Counted from the stretch's first letter, positions 9,375 to 20,332 are shown. The stretch is 64,000 nucleotides of DNA from Piedraia hortae CBS 480.64 (GCA_010093745.1 MU006000.1:62001-126000), one strand, 5' to 3'. Program-made: numbers and translations. Notes: generated by a model not told the origin, from the sequence alone.

Positions 9375-10360
9375 ACAAATTGCTTCCAGGACACTGGGGC
9401 TCGGGACTGTACAACATGTTGCGACTTTCTTCTCTCGGGCTTCGGTGTCACCGCCGCAAGACAGAGTACCTACGTGCATATTCTCTACTTGCCGATGCCA
9501 CATCGGACACTACGACACTCTGATTGATGAATGGCATTTGAGTGCCGGGCTCGCCCTTGCAGGTGGCTTTGGTTTCCCAAGAGATGCACACTAATATCTG
9601 GCTGCCCTATCAATCTCACTCCTACAACCGACGTTGTCGTGGACAAAGAGTGCTCAAGCCTCGGCTATGAAAGCGGTAATCCCCGCTGCCTCATGGGCTT
9701 CGTATTGCAATCGCTGGCTTTGGGGGGCCTTCTTCCCTCAAGTTTTTTTATTCCCTTGCATATACCCCCACCTTCCCATCTCCACCGGTTGATGAATACG
9801 GTAACATCCCCCGAGATAACATCACAAACGTCTCGTAACTTAGCACGTTGAGCAAGTGATCAATGAGATTGCAAACGGAAGCGAGGTGCTCGAGCGAGCG
9901 TTACACGGTGCAGCAGAAGCAGCACTTGGACGTTGTGTTTCTGCAGGTACTTTTACGAGGAGCTACCTATAGAGCCGAACAGTGGGCGGTTCGCCGCAGC
10001 CGTTCTCTGGCAACGGCATGCCATGCGCCCAAATGCTGAATGATGCTGCTGGAGATAAACAAACAGCTTCCCGGTTGGGGAAGAGGCGCTTACGCTTCCC
10101 CCCGGATTCAGCATCATGTGTGAACCTGGGCAAATGTTGACGCCATCGATCAAAAACAACAAAAAGCCTCTCAAGCCACCACAAAAGAGGGCCGCAGGCA
10201 TCCTTTCGGAAAGGCGGCATCGCGCTTTCTCATTCAGGGTCGTTTAGCCTCCCGCGCCCCGCCGGCTCGGTCCGTCCCTTGACGCACACATCAGTGCAGC
10301 TGTAGGCCCGATAACGCGGTTTAGGGCACGAGCGTCTGCACCGGACTGATTCTCCGTTGT
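9375..10360 (-). ncRNA. Candidate telomerase RNA (TER/TR); 5' end approximate
   Basis: Minus strand, in order: template-like CUAAACGACCCUGAA (10247-10233); pseudoknot 5' half CCUC-UUUU-GUGGUGGCUU-GA-GAGG (10190-10167); A-rich P3 partner GAAACCAAAGCCACC (9576-9562); U1-type Sm site AAUUUGUG (9381-9374) overlapping a GC-type 5' splice site GCACGU; branch point CCUAAC (9291-9286). Many hairpins and no credible ORF. Confidence 0.6.
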
Positions 10361-10922
10361 GCTCCCGGTCATCTTCGGATACCTGAAAATCTGGTTGCTG
10401 CCTTCGTCTAAGATATGTGGCGCATGTGTCAAGCATATCCAACCAACGCAGCTCTCAGTGCATCGGGGTCCGCATCTGCCGACTCGCCGTTAAGGGGGAA
10501 AAAAATTGGCAACCGAAAATCCCTGCACCGGCAGATGCTACTAGTATGATAGATTTCCAGATGGGATATCCATCCGATCCAATACTGGCCTTGCCCCGCG
10601 CCGCCGAATGGCGGAGTGGTGAATGGGAGGAGTGGCTTTTAATCTGTCTTACACTCTAGGCCACATGCCTATGCAGGTGAGATCGTTTCCAGATCTTAGC
10701 CCTCTTGGGGCCTTTCCTGAACCAATTGGTTCAGCCTTGAGGAGACTCGACTGACCGGTTACTACAATCTAGCTGGTGCGTCGGCAGCTCCCCCCCCATC
10801 CCTGTCCATTGGGTAAGCCACCAGGTTGTATGGCACATTGGTACCTGATCTTGTCTTTCTACATATAAAATCTCTTCCTCTTTTCCTCATTCCCTTGCAT
10901 TCACTTTTGAAAACATTTTTCA

Positions 10923-11546
10923 ATGGCAGAAAGAAGCTACCTTCGAGACTCTACCGGCCCTCGCGTAATTGATTCTTGTGTTGGCGGCAGCAACGCAGGA
11001 CGCCGTACACGTCCGTCCCGAACAACAACCAGTCAGCGTCATCAGAAAAATGAGAGACCATCTTTAGAATTGGACTTTGTCAACCAACCGCCCGAGGGCG
11101 TGGCTTTGGGCTATCCTGTTGGCATATCTGTCAAAGTAAGCCTTCGACTGCCGCCAACCTTTGCTGCGGATAGGCGCATGGCTGCCTCGACCATTGACAC
11201 TTCACATCTCCTGGCCGTGGCTTCTCTTGTGGCGGATAACCCGCGCAACGGCGAACGAGTACCTCTCGAAGCAAATATCCTTACGGGTCAGAAGCTATTT
11301 GATTCGGTTCACCGAGACGATCAGCAACAGATGCCAGCACTTTCCTCGCGTGTCGTCACGCTCGGCTATCTCAGTTTTCCCAGCTTGCTTATCCGGCAAT
11401 CTGGCCTCTTTCGATTCAGAATCACACTTTTCAAAATGCAAAACCACAACAACGCCGGCGGAACAAGTGTCGTTGCCGTCGACAGCGAACCCATCAAGGT
11501 GGATCGACGATGTGTACCCGTCCAGCCCAGGCGACACCTTCGGTGA
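10923..11546 (+). CDS. Small velvet-like domain protein
   Basis: LELDFVNQPP...LTGQKLFDSVH...GYLSFPSLLIRQSGLFRFRITLFKM...VDSEPIKV matches the velvet-fold pattern (L.vrQqP...F.F..L.vR..G.yRlrf.L...S..f.V). TATA-like TATAAAA near 10864 and a CT-rich leader. Confidence 0.7.
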   Translation: MAERSYLRDSTGPRVIDSCVGGSNAGRRTRPSRTTTSQRHQKNERPSLELDFVNQPPEGVALGYPVGISVKVSLRLPPTFAADRRMAASTIDTSHLLAVASLVADNPRNGERVPLEANILTGQKLFDSVHRDDQQQMPALSSRVVTLGYLSFPSLLIRQSGLFRFRITLFKMQNHNNAGGTSVVAVDSEPIKVDRRCVPVQPRRHLR

Positions 11547-12320
11547 TGATAATGCCACACCTCTTTTTTTTTTGTAACGAACATGTTGTACTCTCACAGG
11601 GTAGGGGGTGATGTTTTGAACACTTACGTAACTATGTAGTATGTAGTATTAAAGCACACATTCCACAGCCAACGTTGATTCTTTTTCTTTTTCTTTTTCT
11701 CTTCCTTCATCTTCTTCCTTTTGATCGTGGCGCTCATTCGCGGATTACATTTGACCGCTTTAAGAGCATGCGCATGCGATGCTGTTTGAGATGTGCAGTC
11801 GCGAGCGCTCGAGCCGGGGGTATGGATGAGACACGCAGGGCTGCGTGTGAAACACACCGGGGCTGGCCAATGAGGAATCCCGCTAGTCTGAGGGTCTTGG
11901 CTTTGACAGATGGCAGATATGCGTTTAGGTTTTAGATTTTGCATGGCTATATGCCAGTTTGATGAGTTTTGAGCCTTGGACGATGTTGTTAGACGATTAT
12001 GAACACCGCCATTGTCGATCGGGATTTTTATCATCCATGTACGGGCCAAATCATGGGTGTTAAACTGTCCCTGATCGTCTATCTATGCTTGATTGTCTAT
12101 CCACTGTGTCGGGAACGGTGCCGGGATGTCCAAACCGGAATAGAAGCGGGCCCGACGACGAGGACTCGAGTATCCCAACTTGGATATTCCTGTAAACTAA
12201 CACTTAACAATTTACAACGTGCGTGACGCGCAAGATTGACTCTGATTGGACAACGGCTCGGAACGATGAACAAGTCCCGAGGTGGCTCGGCCCAAAATCA
12301 CCCTAAACTCCCACATATCA

Positions 12321-14219
12321 ATGGCCCAGCCGATCGCGATTGCTCCGGCCCTTGATCCCGGCCCCGAACTACCGTCGGGCAGCCCTGCTCTGCACGCCCA
12401 AACCTGTGTCAAGTGTGCACTGCGCAAAGTCAAATGCGACAAGACCGGTCCGCCGTGTTCCACATGCCGCAAGTCGAGGCTGGATCTGGAATGCTCATAC
12501 CAGTCCGGTCCACCGTCGGTCACGAAGAAGAGGAAGCGAGCCGCCGATGTACAGCAGAAACTGGAACGCTACGAGCAGATCCTAAGGCGTCATCGACTCT
12601 TGGACAAGGAAGACGAACCTGGAGACAACCGAAACTGCCAGACTCGAGCAACTGGGAGGTTGCTGGTTGATGGCAACAGGACCAGATATGTCGACTCTGC
12701 ACTCTGGAAAAATCTGGCAGACGACAGTTTACAGCCGTCAGCAGCCGATGAGGAAGCAGAGCGGCAGAGCGGCAACTGTCTGAGCCTTCTGGGCCCCGTG
12801 TCAACTGCGTTAAGCGGGTCTCCTGCTGCTATTGTTGAGGGTCATCCCAGCTACGGCGTGGCAGTGAAGCTATGGAACATCTATAAGTCACATGTTGAGC
12901 CCATTGTGCGTCTCATCCACGTTCCTACCACGGAGCCTATGATATTGCAGTCGGCTGCTGATCCGCGGAGGGCGTCGCGCGGAACGGAGTGTCTTGCACT
13001 GGCTATCTACCATTTTGCAGCTGTGGCCATGACGGAGGCGGAATGCATGGAGCTGGTAGGCCAGTCTCGTGCCTCGTTTTGCTCTTTCCGCCATGATGTT
13101 CTTGTAGCTGCGCTGCACCGGGCATCTTTCCTTAAAACCACAGAGATATCCGTTCTTCAAGCATTTACCATGCTATTGCTATCAGTGAAAGAGAATTACG
13201 ATCCGCAGACGTTTTGGGTTTTGTCCGGGGCTGCCATCCGCATTGCTCAGCACATGGGCCTTCATCGAGACGGTGAAAAGTTGGGGCTGAGGCCTTTGGA
13301 TGTCGAGGTGCGCCGACGCATCTTCTGGCAGTTGCTACCGCTAGACATGATGTCCGCCCATTTGACCGGCCTTGGGCCTACAATGCCATTTGACTCGTGG
13401 GATGCAAAGAGAACTCGCAACGTCAACGATACAGACTTGACGCCTGAAATGACTGAACCACCCGTTGATAGGTCCGGGCCCACGGATGTCATGTTCTGTA
13501 TCTGTCGGGCGGAAGTGGGTAAATTCCATTTCAGGGCCAAAACACTGGTGCGAAACTGGGGAAGAATGGTTGAAAGCGAGAACGTCCGCGTGCTCTCAAA
13601 CGTGGAAGCCGCACTCAAGGAACTCGAGGAAGGACTGGAGACGAAAATCTTCCGTTACTGCGACGTGTTTGAGCCGCTTCACTGTCTCTGCCTGGCTATT
13701 GGGCGAACGGCGCTCATGGCAGCTCGATTAAGGCTCAGGCTCTCCAAGCTTCGGGCTGACAATCATGCAGCAAGGCCAGAGATCCGTCAAGCTCTGTTGG
13801 AGACAACGTTGCGGGTGCTCGACCACGATATTGCGGTGCACACAAACCCCACGCTCAAGCGGTACAGATGGCACCTGCAGTCTTATTTCCAGTGGGACTT
13901 GCTTGCCTGGGCTCTGACTGAATTACAAGTTGATCCCGCATTCGCAGCATTGGCCTGGCCGCGCATCGAACAGACATTTTATCATCACCCGCAATACCTC
14001 AGTCACCAAGGTGATCTACAGGCCGCTATATGCAAGCTGACGCTCAAGAGCTGGGACGTTCGGCCAATGCCAGGCCCTGAGCCCAATTTCATCCAACAAA
14101 TTCGCTCATCACTGGGTGTGAAACGCCCAGACCTGCTTCAGGAAAAACCTTTTGCCATTGATGACGACTGGATTTTCTGGGACCAGCTCGGGCCGGCGTA
14201 CTACAACTTTACTGATTAA
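12321..14219 (+). CDS. Zn(II)2Cys6 transcription factor with fungal-specific TF (middle homology) domain
   Basis: CVKCALRKVKCDKTGPPCSTCRKSRLDLEC binuclear cluster; AIRIAQHMGLHRDG...EVRRRIFWQL. First ATG is at 12321. Confidence 0.92.
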   Translation: MAQPIAIAPALDPGPELPSGSPALHAQTCVKCALRKVKCDKTGPPCSTCRKSRLDLECSYQSGPPSVTKKRKRAADVQQKLERYEQILRRHRLLDKEDEPGDNRNCQTRATGRLLVDGNRTRYVDSALWKNLADDSLQPSAADEEAERQSGNCLSLLGPVSTALSGSPAAIVEGHPSYGVAVKLWNIYKSHVEPIVRLIHVPTTEPMILQSAADPRRASRGTECLALAIYHFAAVAMTEAECMELVGQSRASFCSFRHDVLVAALHRASFLKTTEISVLQAFTMLLLSVKENYDPQTFWVLSGAAIRIAQHMGLHRDGEKLGLRPLDVEVRRRIFWQLLPLDMMSAHLTGLGPTMPFDSWDAKRTRNVNDTDLTPEMTEPPVDRSGPTDVMFCICRAEVGKFHFRAKTLVRNWGRMVESENVRVLSNVEAALKELEEGLETKIFRYCDVFEPLHCLCLAIGRTALMAARLRLRLSKLRADNHAARPEIRQALLETTLRVLDHDIAVHTNPTLKRYRWHLQSYFQWDLLAWALTELQVDPAFAALAWPRIEQTFYHHPQYLSHQGDLQAAICKLTLKSWDVRPMPGPEPNFIQQIRSSLGVKRPDLLQEKPFAIDDDWIFWDQLGPAYYNFTD

Positions 14220-14304
14220 CTGTTTCCCGTGTGCGTGACTAGATTACGCTTACATAATCAAGCTATCTGTCACGAATTTTGCTGGACCGTCAGGAAAACA
14301 AAAC

Positions 14305-15087
14305 ATGGGTAACGAAGATTGGAAGGTTGTTCCACGCCGAAGGCGAGGTCCAAAATTCTCAAACGAGAGCGAAATACTACACTTCGATTCTCTTTCGCGA
14401 GTGCCCGACAAGACCATCACGACGGAGATGCTGCACGAAGCATTCTCTCGTTCTTCAAGGACATGGAAGTCGAGCCCATGTCGAAAGAAGCTTTTCAAGA
14501 AGCTTGATCTAGTCAAACAACGTATCGGCCACACGTTGACAACAGCTATATGTCTAGGTTCAGGCAGTTTCAGCTCAATGAATGTAACAAACAACTCTCG
14601 CGCCATGATTCAGTTTGTCGCTTTTGAGGATTCAGCCAAGGGGCTGCAAGGCTTCGCACAGGATCCAACATTCACGGTGGTGGATAAGTGGTTTTTGAGA
14701 GATATAGGGATTAAAGTGCTGGAGTGCGAAACGGACGTGGTGGGCTTAGGGCCGGCGGTAGGCCATGTTGGGCCAGAATCTCTCGTATTTGACGCTTTCT
14801 TGCCTAATATTCCGCGTCTCGTGCGAGAGCTGTTTGGTGCAAGGCCGGGTGTGCTCGTCAGTGCGCAGGACACGTTTTGTAATCAGACCGATGCGGAAAT
14901 ACGCAGTGAGTTGTTGGAAATGACGGGTCATGCTACAGATAACGAGGTGGAGGCTGTGAAGAATTTGAATGCCAAGGCACAGGCTTACCTCGCCAATCGA
15001 CAAGTTGTGGGGTTTCCAGGTTTTCATGAAGATGATACGGTCTTTAGCGAGTTGAAAGTATTCTGGGAGGATGGGCCAGAAGACTAG
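14305..15087 (+). CDS. SRR1-like domain protein
   Basis: AICLGSGSF, QFVAF and FAQDPTFT..D motifs; N-terminal W..V..RRR. Confidence 0.7.
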   Translation: MGNEDWKVVPRRRRGPKFSNESEILHFDSLSRVPDKTITTEMLHEAFSRSSRTWKSSPCRKKLFKKLDLVKQRIGHTLTTAICLGSGSFSSMNVTNNSRAMIQFVAFEDSAKGLQGFAQDPTFTVVDKWFLRDIGIKVLECETDVVGLGPAVGHVGPESLVFDAFLPNIPRLVRELFGARPGVLVSAQDTFCNQTDAEIRSELLEMTGHATDNEVEAVKNLNAKAQAYLANRQVVGFPGFHEDDTVFSELKVFWEDGPED

Positions 15088-15120
15088 CTTCGAGAATAGA
15101 AAATATGATACGTTTACAGT

Positions 15121-15754
15121 CTAACCAGCCGCTCGTGTGTTGAGAATCAAGCTTACAATTAACCTATCATTATCAGCTTCATAAAGCAGCTTATATGCAG
15201 CAAACTTACCCGTACAGCCCCAAAACTTCACCAAAGATGAGAATCAGAACCATGCCAACGAAAATTCGAGATTGTTGCATGTATGATCGTACTCCGGTGT
15301 CGCCTACAACCCCAATGGCGTAGCCAGCTGCCATTCCCGTGAGGCCTACGCTGAGACCGCAAGCCAGATGCAGACAGCCCTGGAATAGTGAGTATGTTGC
15401 TGGCGGGGGCTTCATGTTTCCTGCAATGAGCACAGCCACAACGAGGGCGTATACTGCTATGATTCCTGACATAACCACGGGAATGAGGGACTGGAGGTCA
15501 GTTGGAATAATAACTCCAAATAGTTGACAGCACCTACCTTCATGATCAGATCACTTCTAAAAGTTCCCACACCGGCAATGCCGATACCTGATTTTGCAGT
15601 GCCATAGGCAGCTCCCATACCTAGATTGTCAGCGAGTAATTCGAGCTTTTCTCTGGCAGATCGTACAGCCGAATATCATGGCAAAGGCTATGCCGCCCAT
15701 GCCCAGAAAGGGAGCGAACTTAGGCGCGAGTTCTGAGCCAACATCAGTAGCCAT
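15121..15754 (-). CDS. VMA11: V-ATPase proteolipid subunit c' (4 exons)
   Basis: Spliced product [71 protein letters not shown]...[30 protein letters not shown] introns at 15621-15666, 15491-15537 and 15164-15209. Confidence 0.95.
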
Positions 15755-15874
15755 CTTGATTCTACCGAATCGTCCTCCCTGCGTCGTCTCCCTCCGCCCC
15801 TGCACCTGACGTTCGATGGCAGTTCTGGGGGCGGATCGGGCCGGGCCAGCGTCCCGAGGCCAGCTTTGGGGCAG

Positions 15875-16023
15875 CACGTGACATCACCGCGGTGGAGAGC
15901 GGGACCCGGGGGGTTGGAATCATACAGCGGGGGTTTGAAGGTAAACACGACGAACGACGACGACAGCTTCAGCAGCTGCGCCTCCATCTCCTTCGCGGGC
16001 CGGCACGTGACGTTTTGACGTCA
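15875..16023. promoter_or_regulatory. E-box (CACGTGAC x2) and CRE-like TGACGTCA sites in the divergent VMA11/ROM2 promoter
   Basis: CACGTGAC at 15875-15882 and 16004-16011; TGACGTCA at 16016-16023; all within a 338-bp head-to-head interval. Confidence 0.4.
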
Positions 16024-16092
16024 CCCACCAACACACCACCACACGCGGAGGGCCGGCCGAATGTCTGGCGGCCAATCAACGACACTTCCGCA

Positions 16093-19000
16093 ATGGCCTC
16101 GCAATACGGCTACGACAAGCCCGGCCACGCGCCAGAGTACGTGGGCGGGCGGAGTGTTGACGCCCCGCAAATGCCACCGGACCGCGCCGCCACGATGAGT
16201 TCGGCGACGATGAGCGCCCAGGCGGGACTGGCCATGCTCCGCCGCACTCCACCCGTCCGCCAGGGGCCCATGGACGGACCGTACCCTCCTCCAGGCATGC
16301 AACGGCGGCCGGTTCCCCCTCCACAGATGCCGCAACTGCCACAGCCCCTCCGCCCGGACCGGACGCCGTATGGGCAGCCGCAGCGGCTGGACTCCCGCGG
16401 AGCTCCGCTGCCCGGTCCGGGTCAGCATTTCCGCTCCTTCACCTCGCGACCATATCCTGGTCCGGGCCCAAGCCCGAGCCCGAGCCCGGCTTTAAACACC
16501 GACAACTACCGCACACAGTCGCTGGCGGCCAATCCGCGGCCCATGTACGTGCCGCCGAGCATGCCATATGGTCCTCCGCCACCGCATGTTGCTCGCGGGC
16601 CTGTTCCCGCCTACCCGAGCCATCTTGGCCGCACAACGGCCCAGGGCCGCGTTGTACCGGAGCGAACGGGCGACGAGCGGGCCATGTCCATGTCGACGTA
16701 CGCGCGCGGTTTTGACCAAGGCCAGACCACTGGCGGCCGCATGGTCCCACGGAGGCGGGAGTCGGAGAACGACTATGGCATTAACGGTTACCCACGGCAG
16801 CCCAGCGGCCTCGTCAACGACATGCGGGCGATGAGCATGGCATCCACAGTTGTTTCCCCAGGTAGCATGGCATCGCTCTCCCAGCGGCCGTCAAACGCCA
16901 GCTCAACGCGTACAGTGTCACAGTCAATTCCCGGGGCTCCAGGGTCAATGGTGGCTCAAAAACGGCCGTCGCTGGTGTACGGAGCGCTACTCTCGAACGT
17001 GGCGCAGGCGTTTCGTGAGAGAATTGCGTTGATGGACAAGGAGAAGGACGGTCTTGTGTACAAGAATGCATTTTCGGGCTACGAGGCGGTTGAGTTAATC
17101 GCATACATTATCCGCACATCGGACCGCAATCTGGCTTTGTTGCTGGGCCGTAGTCTTGATGCACAAAAGTTTTTCCATGAGGTTACATACGCGCACCGGC
17201 TGCGCGATAGTCCTAATGAGATTTACCAGTGCAAGGACACGCTGAACGAGGAGCCGCCAGAGGTGAAGGGCATTTTTACCTTGCTGACCGAGTGCTATTC
17301 CCCTACCTGTACACGCGACAACCTCTGCTACAGTATTGCCTGTCCGCGAAGACTGGAGCAGCAGCAGCGGCTGAACATGAAAGTCTCGCCTGGCCTCAAG
17401 CGAGAAACCAGCCGCGGTAGCCTCCACGACGAGGCCGAGAGCGAGCAGAAACTGTGGATCAACACAGTCAGCAAGGAAGTCTCGGACAGCGTCAGCGACC
17501 GCGAGAAGAAGCGGCAGGAGGTCATCTCGGAGATTATGTACACGGAGCGAGACTTTGTTAAGGATCTCGAGTATCTGCGGGACTTTTGGATCAAGCCGCT
17601 GCGGACGCCCGATATCAGTCCCATTCCCGAACACCGCCGCGAGAAATTCATCCGCACGGTCTTTTCAAATTGCCAGGAAGTGCATGCTGTGAATGCGCGC
17701 ATGGCTGCTGGTCTGACGAGGCGGCAGCAAGCCAGTCCCGTAGTCAAGAACATTGGCGACATCTTTCTCGAATATGTTGGTCGCTTCGGGCCGTTCATCA
17801 AGTACGGAGCGAACCAGCTGTTTGGAAAGTACGAGTTCGAGAAGGAGAAGAGCTCCAATCCAAACTTTGCGCGGTTCGTTGATGAGACTGAGAGGCTGAA
17901 GGAGTCGCGGAAGCTGGAGTTGAACGGATATCTCACAAAGCCCACGACGCGTCTGGCACGGTATCCTCTCTTGCTTGAAAACGTGCTGAAATATACGTCT
18001 GAGGACAATCCGGACATAAAAGACATTCCCGTGGCGATCAAGTGGATCCGCGAGACGCTTGCCCGCGTCAACGAGGAGTCTGGCAAGGCTGAGAATCACT
18101 ACAACCTCATGTCCCTTAACGCACAGCTCAAATGGGGCCAGATTCCTCACATGGACCTGAAGCTGACCGAGGAGGCGCGGCAGCTCATCTTCAAGAGCAA
18201 TTTGAAAAAGCAGCCAACATCGGAGCAGGCAGACATCACCGCCTATCTCTTTGATCACGCCGTGCTGCTCGTGAGGGTCAAGGTGGTGAACAAGAAGGAG
18301 GAGTTTCGCGTGTATAGAAAGCCCATCCCGCTAGAACTGCTGCAGATCAAGGAGATGGACGCCGTTTTGCCGCGCGTCAGCATTGCGAAGCGGCCATCAT
18401 CGTCGATGATTCCCGGCGTTGGTCGAAATCAGGCTGCGGCAAGAGCAGGCGGAAGCGATGCAGCAGCCGGGTGGCCCATTACCTTCAAGGGCCTCGGCAA
18501 AGGCGGATATGAACTCACACTATATTGCACCAGCCAGATCCAGCGGGAGAAGTGGGTGGAGCACATCTTGAATCAAAAGGAGCGTTTAGGCGAGAGGCAT
18601 AAGATCTTCACCATGACCAAGCTCTGCGAGGGTTTCTTCACGCCGACCCAAGGCGGGCGGATCAACTGCTGTCGCCCCATTGACGGAGGGCGGAAGCTGA
18701 TCATAGGCACTGACATGGGCATCTGGCTGACTGACCGCAAACCTCGTGATGCCAGTATCAAGCCTCGCAAGATCTTAGAGTGGAAGTTTGTGTCGCAGAT
18801 TGAGGTCTTGGAGCAGCATCAGATTTTGCTGGTCCTTGCTGATAAGGCGGTATGGACGTTTCCTCTGGAAGCCCTTGATCCAGACGAGGGCCTCTCAGCA
18901 CCGTCCAAACGCGGCCGACGCGTCTGCCACGCAAACTACCTCAATGCCGGCGTTTGCAACGGTCAAACTCTTGTTTGCTGTGTGAAGTCGTCGTCTCTAA

Positions 19001-19669
19001 GCAGCACAGTCAAAGTCTTTGAGCCCATGGACCACGCCCTCTCAAAGAGTAAAAAGAAATCAGGCTTTGCCAAGATGCTCGCCAGCGGCCAAGAGGTTCT
19101 AAAATCTTATAAAGAATTCTACATCCCCATGGAGAGCAATTCCATCCACTTTCTCCGCAGTAAGCTCTGCGTCGGAGGCGCCAAGGGGTTCGAAATCGTC
19201 TCTCTCGAAACTCTCGAGACACAATCCCTTCTCGACCAAGCAGACACCAGCCTAGACTTTGTCGCGCGCCGCGAAAACGTGAAACCAATCTACATTGAGC
19301 GCAACACGTCCGAATTCCTACTCTGCTACAACGACTTCAGCTTCTACGTCAACAAAAACGGCTGGCGAGCGCGAGGCGACTGGAAAATCCTCTGGGAAGG
19401 CTCTCCCAACGCATTTGCAACGTGGGGGGAAAAATACATTCTCGCTTTCGAACCGGAATTCATCGAAGTCCGCGGCTGTGACTCCGGCGGCCTTGTCTGT
19501 ATCTCTACCTTTCATGGCATCAGGTTTTTGCATCAGAGTACGCGTGAGGTAAGGAATATCCCTATACATCCTTTGGTTGAGCTAATGTTTTCGATAGATA
19601 CTCTTTGCGTACGAAGACGAAATGGGAGAAGACGTCATTGCGAGTCTGGATTTTTGGGGAAAGAGTTGA
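16093..19669 (+). CDS. ROM2: Rho1 guanine nucleotide exchange factor (DEP-DH-PH-CNH)
   Basis: DEP (FSGYEAVELIAYIIRTSDRNLALLLGRSLDAQKFFH), DH (EKKRQEVISEIMYTERDFV...KPTTRLARYPLLL) and CNH domains. Intron 19549-19597 gives the terminal exon ILFAYEDEMGEDVIASLDFWGKS*. Confidence 0.93.
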
Positions 19670-19991
19670 TTTTTGCTTTTTTTGTCATTGCGTGTAGCAT
19701 GTATCGCTCAATTCTCTTTCTTCTCTGGGTGGGGAGTGGGTATCTGTATCCATTTTTCAGGCTCTATTACTGGATTTTTGAGGGATATTCGTTGATCGCG
19801 GGATGGGGGTTAGGATGGTATTGACTCCGAACTCACCATTGTGGGTTAAGACTTGATCTTAACCTTTGTAGTCCCCTTCTTGGAACCACTCCTTGAAGAA
19901 AACCTTGTCCCCATTGCGCGCACATCGCCACTGTGTCTGATCACTTTGATTCAAAATAGAATCACCTGCATCGATCTTAGATAGTCATAGG

Positions 19992-20196
19992 GAAGGTTGT
20001 TAAGAAAGTAAATAGGATCAAATAGTGGGACATTCAGACACCTTCAGACAGCACGGATGGATCCGACCCGAGATTGCGCGGAACTGCTGATGTAATTCAG
20101 GTTGATCCTCCTCAAACGGCAACTTTCAATAATTTGTCTGGGATTGATGCCTGAAAGCCCCACTATCTATTCCTGTTTACTTTCTTAACAGCCCTG
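19992..20196. mobile_element. hAT-type MITE, 205 bp
   Basis: About 49-bp imperfect TIRs (GAAGGTTGTTAAGAAAGTAAATAGG... vs reverse complement CAGGGCTGTTAAGAAAGTAAACAGG...). Flanked by an 8-bp TSD, GTCATAGG (19984-19991) / GTCATAAG (20197-20204). Confidence 0.8.
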
Positions 20197-20332
20197 GTCA
20201 TAAGCCCACTCTGGCGTTTTGTGAGCGCTCATTGTCTTGCATGGCAGACATGGCCAACGCTTTGAAAAGAAAACAAATGCACCAACGAGACAGGCGCCTT
20301 GTTATCTGGTACAGGAAATGAGCAAAAAAGAG

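Noticed and set aside
19549..19824. Hydrophobic C-terminal tail on ROM2 in the ORF track
   Set aside because: Read-through of intron 19549-19597; the spliced end ILFAYEDE...SLDFW is the expected terminus.
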